A stretch of DNA of 52,551 nucleotides from Chloroflexota bacterium. GTDB taxonomy: Bacteria; Chloroflexota; Limnocylindria; Limnocylindrales; CSP1-4. Below are positions 46,753 through 52,551 of this stretch, one piece after another. Both the position numbers and the translations under genes were made by a program. The stretch's first letter is position 1. Each line of letters begins with the position of its first letter. Below the pieces are notes generated by a model. The model was not told where the DNA came from. It worked only from the letters and a program-made list of their open reading frames with translations, and ran no database searches. The stretch is from NCBI GenBank assembly GCA_031362295.1, contig JANLSG010000018.1, positions 1 through 52,551 of the forward strand. The letters are read 5' to 3'.

Positions 46753-47550
46753 ATGTCCTTCAAACCGACGCCGCCACAGAGCCGCCGCGAGCGCCGCGCG
46801 CAGGCCCGTCTGGACCAGCCGGCGGCGCCTCGCCAACGATCGAAGCGCCGCGCCGCCCGACCCGCCTGGCAGTCGCCGGTCGTCCTCGTCTCGGCTGCGG
46901 CAGTGCTGATCGGGATCGCGGTGATCGCCTTCGCCCGGCCACCCGCCGCGGACACGGGCGCGGAGCTGATCACGCCCCCAACCTCGTACCCCGCGGAGCT
47001 GGTGGACGGCGAGATCCTCGGGGTCGCGTCGGCGCCGGTCGTCCTCGAGCTGTACTCGGACTTCCAGTGTCCCGCCTGCAAGCTGTTCGTGACCAGGCAG
47101 CTGCCGCTCCTCGTCAGCGAGTTCGTCCGGCCGGGGACGCTCCGCATCGAGGCGCGCGACATCGACATCCTTGGCACGGGCACGCCATCGGAATCACTGG
47201 AGCTGGCGGCCGGCGCGGCGTGCGCCGCGGATCAGGGTCGCTATTGGCAGTTCCACGATTACGTCTTCTGGAACCAGGGCCGCGAGAACCGCGGGGACCA
47301 CGACACCGCCTTCATCGGGCGCGTTGCGGACGCCGCCGGCGTGGAGCGCTCCGCCTGGGACACGTGCTTCGGGCAATCTGGCTCACGGACATCGATCACC
47401 ACCCAGACGGCCGCCGCGCTCGCGGCCGGCATCAACCAGACGCCGACGCTCGTCCTGAATGGCCAGTCCATCACGGGCGTCCCGGACTACGACCAGCTGG
47501 CAGCGCTCATCCGACAGCTCACGGCGAGCCCGGCGGCGTCACCGTCTTGA
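46753..47550 (+). CDS. DsbA-family thiol:disulfide oxidoreductase, membrane-anchored
   Basis: TM anchor, then a thioredoxin fold with YSDFQCPACK. Confidence 0.8.
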   Translation: MSFKPTPPQSRRERRAQARLDQPAAPRQRSKRRAARPAWQSPVVLVSAAAVLIGIAVIAFARPPAADTGAELITPPTSYPAELVDGEILGVASAPVVLELYSDFQCPACKLFVTRQLPLLVSEFVRPGTLRIEARDIDILGTGTPSESLELAAGAACAADQGRYWQFHDYVFWNQGRENRGDHDTAFIGRVADAAGVERSAWDTCFGQSGSRTSITTQTAAALAAGINQTPTLVLNGQSITGVPDYDQLAALIRQLTASPAASPS

Positions 47551-48014
47551 TGCGCCGATCCAACGTCCGCACGATCCTGGGCGTCCACCCGGCGGTGATC
47601 CTGGCGGTACTCGACGTCATCGGCCTCGGGATCGCCCTGTACCTGTCCGTCGTCGAGCTCCAGGGCGGCGTTCCCGTCTGCGGCCCGATCAAGGGCTGCG
47701 AGGAGGTCGCCCGGAGCGAGTACAGCCGGATCGCCGGCGTTCCGGTCGCGGTGTTCGGGGTTGGACTGTCGCTCGTGCTGCTCACCCTTGCGGTCGCCTG
47801 GTGGCGGACGGACCTGTACGCACTCCTGCTGGTGCACTACGGACTGTCGCTGGCCGGTGTGATCTTCGAGATGTACTTCCTGTACCTGCAGGTCTTCGTG
47901 ATCGGGGCGGTGTGCATCTGGTGCACCACCTACGGGCTCTCGCTCGTCGCCCGGTTCGTGATCGCCCTGATCGTGTGGATGCGCGGCGCACCGACGGTGA
48001 AACCCGCGACCTGA
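47550..48014 (+). CDS. vitamin K epoxide reductase (VKOR) family protein
   Basis: Loop cysteines VCGPIKGC and active-site CIWC in the last TM helix. The ATG overlaps the DsbA stop (TGATG). Confidence 0.75.
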   Translation: MRRSNVRTILGVHPAVILAVLDVIGLGIALYLSVVELQGGVPVCGPIKGCEEVARSEYSRIAGVPVAVFGVGLSLVLLTLAVAWWRTDLYALLLVHYGLSLAGVIFEMYFLYLQVFVIGAVCIWCTTYGLSLVARFVIALIVWMRGAPTVKPAT

Positions 48015-48017
48015 GCC

Positions 48018-49334
48018 TCAGCCGTCCCGCTCCGCGACCGCCAGCGACAGGAGGGCGAGGGTCGCGGCCATCGACACGAGCGCGACGACGAGCCCGCCGA
48101 CAGCGAGAGCGTCGGGGATGCCGCTCACCGGCCGGCCGACGACCGTGCCAAGGGTGGCGAGTGCGACGCCGACATTCAGCGCAATCATCCGCGCGACCGA
48201 CAGCGCACCGAGACGGCGTCGCTGGCGAGCGTGGCGCTCCGGCGAGCCCGGAGAGACGGCCGGGACAAGGAAGCTCAGCGCTCCGACGAGTACCTGGCCG
48301 ACGAAGCCGAGGACGATCGGCGGGAGCAGCTGATCGAGCTTCCAGCCCACCGGGTCGACCCCGTGGACGACGATGCCCGATGCGGCCATGGCCACGCCCA
48401 CGACGAGCCACGCGGGTGCGAGCAGCAACGAGATACCGGTGAGCGCGTGCCACGCTCGCTCCGTCGACCAGCCTGCGCGATCGCGGTGTGCCTGCATCCC
48501 GTGCACGACCAGGGCAACGGCACCGCCGAGTGCTGAGAGTGCACCAAGCTGTGCGACGGGCCCAAGGGCGGCTGCGTAGCCGAGCGCGACGAGCGGCACT
48601 CCGGCGGCAAGGCCGGCAACGGCGACGACGCCCGACCGGCGCCGGCGAATTCGCGAGCCCGCCACGGTGGGCGCGAAGTGGACAAGGGTCCCGGCGATGA
48701 CCAGGCACACAAAGCCGAACACGTTGAGCCAGCCGTGCGCCGGCTTCAGCGCGGCCCAGTTGTCGGCGACGGCATCCGCGCCGCCGAGCATCAGCCCGGC
48801 GAGCGTCACCCCCATCACGACGTTGGCGAGGGCAACGAGGTAGGCAGCCTCGGTGAGTGGTCGCCTGGGGCCTCCGGCTCGACGTAGCGGCCACGCGGTG
48901 GCGAGTCCGACGCCGGCAAACCCAACGACGTCCAGCCACGCCCCCAGTGCGGCGAGTTCGGGCATGCCTGCCGCTCGACCGAGCGCCGCCAACATCCCAC
49001 CGGCCGCAACCAACCCGATGCTCCCGCCACGCAGCACAGCGCCTGCCGGCTGGGCGACCGCCAGGGCCGCGGCGAAGAAGGGCACCATCGCCGCGATCGC
49101 AGTGCCGGCGCCACCCGCGAGGGCGAGATGGAGGGGCAGCCAGGTGCCCAGGCGCATCGCGGCTGGAAGCGCGAGCGACACGACCGCAGCGATCAGGAAC
49201 GCGATCGCAATCGCGAGTCCCGCGAAGGTCAGCCGCCGGTCGATGCGTCGATCCGGTCCGCGCCTGGCGGGCTCGGTCTCGAGCACGGCGAGAGATCGCT
49301 GGGCAACGCCTCGACCCCGAGACGGGGGCAGCAC
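48018..49334 (-). CDS. polytopic membrane protein (~12 TM), possibly NnrS-like
   Basis: Lies 33 nt downstream of nirK. LHLALAGGAG and PAHGWLNVFGFVCLVIAGTLVHFAP resemble conserved His-containing NnrS helices. This comparison is from memory and unverified. Confidence 0.4.
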   Translation of the reverse strand: MLPPSRGRGVAQRSLAVLETEPARRGPDRRIDRRLTFAGLAIAIAFLIAAVVSLALPAAMRLGTWLPLHLALAGGAGTAIAAMVPFFAAALAVAQPAGAVLRGGSIGLVAAGGMLAALGRAAGMPELAALGAWLDVVGFAGVGLATAWPLRRAGGPRRPLTEAAYLVALANVVMGVTLAGLMLGGADAVADNWAALKPAHGWLNVFGFVCLVIAGTLVHFAPTVAGSRIRRRRSGVVAVAGLAAGVPLVALGYAAALGPVAQLGALSALGGAVALVVHGMQAHRDRAGWSTERAWHALTGISLLLAPAWLVVGVAMAASGIVVHGVDPVGWKLDQLLPPIVLGFVGQVLVGALSFLVPAVSPGSPERHARQRRRLGALSVARMIALNVGVALATLGTVVGRPVSGIPDALAVGGLVVALVSMAATLALLSLAVAERDG

Positions 49335-49367
49335 GGGGTCGAGGGTCGCCGGGGCTCGATTCGGGGG

Positions 49368-50750
49368 CTAGTTGAGCGGGTCGCCGTCACCTGCCTGGAA
49401 CAGGCCGAGCGCCCCGCGTCCAACGAAGTTGAACGCGTGGGTGACCATTGGATAGAGGCCGTCCTCGGGCATCTCGAACTCGACGTAGCCGCCCTGGGCA
49501 GGTGAGAGGTCCATGGCCTGAGAGCCCCAGTTGCCACTGTTGCCAACGACGAGGTGGATGCCCTCCTTCGTGACCGCCGAGAAGATCGTCCCGACGACGT
49601 GGAAGGAGCTGTCGATGGACGGCCCGGCGTCGAGCACGAACACCCGGACGCGATCACCGGTCCCGACCTGGAGCGGGTTGTCCAGGTACTGGTTGGCGAC
49701 GCCATTGAAGACCACGAAGTCCGGCGCCGGCGCCCCACTGGCGGCTTTCGTCAGCGACGCGGGCTGGCCCTGTGGCCCGAGATACCACTCGCTCTGGACG
49801 ACGGCGAACTCGGCGTCGACCTTGGGCAGGCCTTCCTTCGGTTCCACGATGACCATGCCGAACATCCCGTTCGCGATGTGGTGCAGTGCCGGCGAGGTGC
49901 CGCAGTGGTACATCCACACGCCTGCGTACTCCGCCTTCCACTCGTACAGCTTCTCCTCGCCCGGGGCAATGGACGTCATCTCGTCGTTCCAGGCAACCTG
50001 GCTGGCGTGGAAGTCGATCGAGTGCGAGAGCTGGCTGGTGGCGGGGTTCTTGAGATGGATGCGGACGGTATCGCCAACCTTGACCCGGATGACCGGCCCG
50101 GGGACCGTCCCGTTGAACGTCCACACCTTCTGGACGAACCCCTTGGCGACCGTCATCAGCTTCTCCTCGATGACGAGGTCGATGTCGTGGACCGTGCCCG
50201 GCAGCAGTGCGGGCGCCTTCGCGTCGTATAGCGTGTACGCGGGCGCGTTGGGGTCCGCGACGACATCGCCGGACGGCGCCGGGCCGCCGTGATCGTCCGG
50301 GTTGGCGGAGGCGGTGGCGCCTTCGACGGTGATCTCGCCGGTCATGCCCGCGTCGGCGTGGCCGGGCACGGAGCACAGGAACGCGATGCCCGCGGCAGGC
50401 ACGTTGACTTCGATGGTCTTCGTCTCGCCTGCGGCGGCGACGACCTGCGTGCCGTCGGCAAACGTCACGTCGTGGCCGACGGCGCCCTTGTTCACGAGCT
50501 TGACCTCGTATCGACCGGCCTTGGGCACGACGACCTGCGATTGCTCAAAGTCGATGTCGATCGCGTCGAGCTCGATCGTGCCGACGACGGCGCCGGTTCC
50601 GCCGGTTCCCACGGGCGCTGCACTGGCGCCGGGGCCTGCCGGCGACCCGGAAGCAGCCGGGGTGAACGTCCAGCCGGGCCCCGCCGCGGTGGGAGTGCAT
50701 GCAGTCGCAAGGACCGCAAGAAGGATTCCGAGGGCCTTGAACCGGTACAC
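49368..50750 (-). CDS. nirK: copper-containing nitrite reductase NirK with N-terminal extra cupredoxin domain, lipoprotein
   Basis: Lipobox LATAC. N-terminal type-1 Cu module (HDVTF...CSVPGHADAGM). NirK core HSIDFHA and YHCGT..HIANGMFG. GTG start with GGAGG 5 nt upstream. Confidence 0.85.
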   Translation of the reverse strand: MYRFKALGILLAVLATACTPTAAGPGWTFTPAASGSPAGPGASAAPVGTGGTGAVVGTIELDAIDIDFEQSQVVVPKAGRYEVKLVNKGAVGHDVTFADGTQVVAAAGETKTIEVNVPAAGIAFLCSVPGHADAGMTGEITVEGATASANPDDHGGPAPSGDVVADPNAPAYTLYDAKAPALLPGTVHDIDLVIEEKLMTVAKGFVQKVWTFNGTVPGPVIRVKVGDTVRIHLKNPATSQLSHSIDFHASQVAWNDEMTSIAPGEEKLYEWKAEYAGVWMYHCGTSPALHHIANGMFGMVIVEPKEGLPKVDAEFAVVQSEWYLGPQGQPASLTKAASGAPAPDFVVFNGVANQYLDNPLQVGTGDRVRVFVLDAGPSIDSSFHVVGTIFSAVTKEGIHLVVGNSGNWGSQAMDLSPAQGGYVEFEMPEDGLYPMVTHAFNFVGRGALGLFQAGDGDPLN

Positions 50751-50792
50751 GCATGCCTCCTGTCGGGCGCCCGGGCGGGCGCGCGAAACGAC

Positions 50793-50828
50793 TGAATGGA
50801 TATTCGTAGTGCTGCGGTATGAATACGG
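50793..50828. promoter_or_regulatory. A/T-rich island with short palindromes upstream of nirK (candidate Rrf2/NsrR operator and promoter)
   Basis: GAATGGATATTC and GTATGAATAC sit in an otherwise GC-rich 151-nt spacer between the Rrf2 gene and nirK. Confidence 0.35.
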
Positions 50829-50901
50829 CGCCGAGGGTTCACCGGTGATGTGCCGATGCGACCCACACGAGGGGCCATAAGTCCCGACCCGGTCGGGCCA
50901 A

Positions 50902-51351
50902 TCAGTCCGGGTGCGCCACCAGTGCGGCGAGCGAGGTGCTCGCGAGCTCGGCACGCAGGGCGGCAGTCGCACGTCCGAAGGCGTCGTGGACGGCGCATCG
51001 ACCCGCGGGATCGCAGGGGATGCCGCGAAGGACGCACCGGGCGGTGCCGTCGTGCGGTTCCGCGGCATCAACGATTCGGAGCAGGTCGATCTGCTCTGTC
51101 GACAGCGCGAGCCGGTAGCCGCCGGTTCGTCCGGTGCTGCCCACGACGAGTCCGGCGCGGCTCAGGTCCGCCAGCACGTGAGCAACGAATCGGCCGGGGA
51201 TGCCCATGTGCTCGGCAATGCGCGCCGCGCTGAGGAGCCTCGTCGTGCCTTGGTCACGTTCAGCGTTGCGTTCGGCCGCCCTGGCGTGCTCGGCCAGCGC
51301 GAGCATCGCTCGCACCGCGTAGTCGCCTCGGAGGGACAGTGTCACCCGCAC
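50902..51351 (-). CDS. Rrf2-family transcriptional regulator (NsrR/IscR-like, three-Cys cluster motif)
   Basis: N-terminal wHTH (YAVRAMLALA...IAEHMGIP..FVAHVLADLSRAGLV). Cys triad CVLRGIPCDPAGRC. GTG start. Confidence 0.8.
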   Translation of the reverse strand: MRVTLSLRGDYAVRAMLALAEHARAAERNAERDQGTTRLLSAARIAEHMGIPGRFVAHVLADLSRAGLVVGSTGRTGGYRLALSTEQIDLLRIVDAAEPHDGTARCVLRGIPCDPAGRCAVHDAFGRATAALRAELASTSLAALVAHPD

Positions 51352-51447
51352 GGGGCCAGCCTCGGGACCAGCCCTTGGCGCGGACAGTGCCGAATGGCCC
51401 CGGCTATAGGCGGCCTCCCGGCGGCAAGCGGGGCGTCGAGCCGGCAG

Positions 51448-52551
51448 CTAGTTGCGCGTGGTGTCGTACCGAGTGACCTCGACATAGGCCTCGCCGCCGC
51501 CGCCGATCGGGACTTCTTCGCCGGTCGCAAGGTCGACCTGGCGGAGCGCGACCCGCTGTGAGCCCTCCCAATAGATGACCCCAGTCGTGGCCCGCGTGTC
51601 GAGCTCCTGGTCGTTGATCGTGGGCCGCAGGTCGATCAGCAGGTCGCCGATCAGCACCGTCCTGGAGACGGGGTAGCTCCTGCCGCTCGTGGGGCTGTCC
51701 CAGAACCCGAAGCCGTCGGCGACGCCGAAGCCCTCCATGCCCAGGTGCTCCACCTCGCCCGTCGGGCGAACGATGGTTCCGTACTGCAGGACCGGGTTCA
51801 TGTGCTCGTCGAGGACGACGGACAGCGTGATGTCCGTCCCGTCGTCCAGGTTGATCGCGTACCAGTCCCAGCCGCCGCCGCCGACAGAGACGAAGTCGCC
51901 CCATTGGTGGTCGAACCAGGCGATGCCCTCGACGGTCAGGCGCTCGCCGTCGAGCTGGAGCTCGCCGGTGGCCGCGAGGCGGGTCCGCGAGTAGTAGTAC
52001 GAGGAGCCGGCAGGTCCGAAGTCGACGAACCCATCGCCGTCGTGGAGCGCAGGTGCCTTGAGGGGGCGGAGGTCAATCGCGAGCCCGAAGGGGGCTCCTG
52101 CGGCGGCGGCCTCCTCGGCGGTGAGCGATGCCTCGATCCGATCCGAGCCGCCGGAACCGGCCAGCCGCCAGGGCGCCGCCGCGAACGGCGGGGCCCCCTT
52201 GGCGATCAGGTCCGGGTTGAGGCCGCTGACGTCGAGCTCGAAGCCGGTTGGCACGCCTCGACCGTCCCGCGGCGATCGATCCACCTGCGGCCCGATCTCG
52301 CTGCGCTGTGCGTAGATGAACCGGTGGCCCGACTCGTCGGTCAGCGCCAGGTGGGAGGCCCACGCCGCCGGGACGGAACCGCGCTCCGCCCGGAAGACGA
52401 CCGCCTCGAACCCGAAGCGGCGCCCGTCCGTGGCTCGCAGGTGGCCGGTGTAGTACCACCACTCCGTCAGTCGATCGTGCGGTCCGTCGTCCCGCGGCAG
52501 GCTGATCGGGATCGGGTCGGCGAGTCGGGAGGGCGCCGGGGTCGCCGGGAC
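51448..52551 (-). CDS. AttH/CrtC-like lipocalin-fold protein, 5'-truncated by window edge
   Basis: LTEWWYYTGHL...FGFEAVVFR and WFDHQWGDF motifs. The frame is open from the stop at 51448 through the window end. The ORF-track start at 52284 is an internal GTG. Confidence 0.65.
   Translation of the reverse strand, partial: VPATPAPSRLADPIPISLPRDDGPHDRLTEWWYYTGHLRATDGRRFGFEAVVFRAERGSVPAAWASHLALTDESGHRFIYAQRSEIGPQVDRSPRDGRGVPTGFELDVSGLNPDLIAKGAPPFAAAPWRLAGSGGSDRIEASLTAEEAAAAGAPFGLAIDLRPLKAPALHDGDGFVDFGPAGSSYYYSRTRLAATGELQLDGERLTVEGIAWFDHQWGDFVSVGGGGWDWYAINLDDGTDITLSVVLDEHMNPVLQYGTIVRPTGEVEHLGMEGFGVADGFGFWDSPTSGRSYPVSRTVLIGDLLIDLRPTINDQELDTRATTGVIYWEGSQRVALRQVDLATGEEVPIGGGGEAYVEVTRYDTTRN

Overview
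Very GC-rich (about two-thirds to 70% G+C by eye, not computed), gene-dense chromosomal segment from a high-GC bacterium. Gene content looks Actinomycetota-like (DsbA-VKOR pair, PrsW, paired TrkA genes, apparently leaderless promoters), but the taxon cannot be assigned from sequence alone. I found no integrase, transposase, CRISPR array or rRNA. Supported content: an overlapping metallophosphoesterase-USP-TrkA-TrkA operon; csoR with a palindromic operator; hpt; a complete livKHMGF branched-chain amino-acid ABC operon; a NYN-domain protein with a ~465-aa disordered tail; holB and acyP; an acyl-ACP thioesterase plus HemL-like aminotransferase; and PrsW-SH3. It also holds a flavin amine oxidase, two class III nucleotide cyclases (one fused to a STAND ATPase/TPR and frame-broken), tRNA-Arg(CCG) and tRNA-Asp(GUC), mgtE and corA, and an ABC-2 exporter. 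The remainder comprises an ltaE-DUF885-HisA-like-cyclophilin-cyclophilin operon, a CoA-transferase, SDR, DinB, DsbA-VKOR, and an Rrf2-NirK-membrane protein module. The leads most worth follow-up are: (1) a structured, terminator-bearing non-coding region between convergent genes at 36956-37534; (2) the NYN nuclease with an RGG/Arg-rich tail; (3) the frame-broken zinc-ribbon-cyclase-STAND-TPR gene; (4) ~90-100-nt imperfect direct repeats bracketing the amine-oxidase gene; (5) a Zn-ribbon plus PD-(D/E)XK-like gene pair coupled to hpt next to a CsoR box; (6) a LivG ATPase with a two-helix hydrophobic insertion. All functional calls come from motif recognition by eye. No database search was run.
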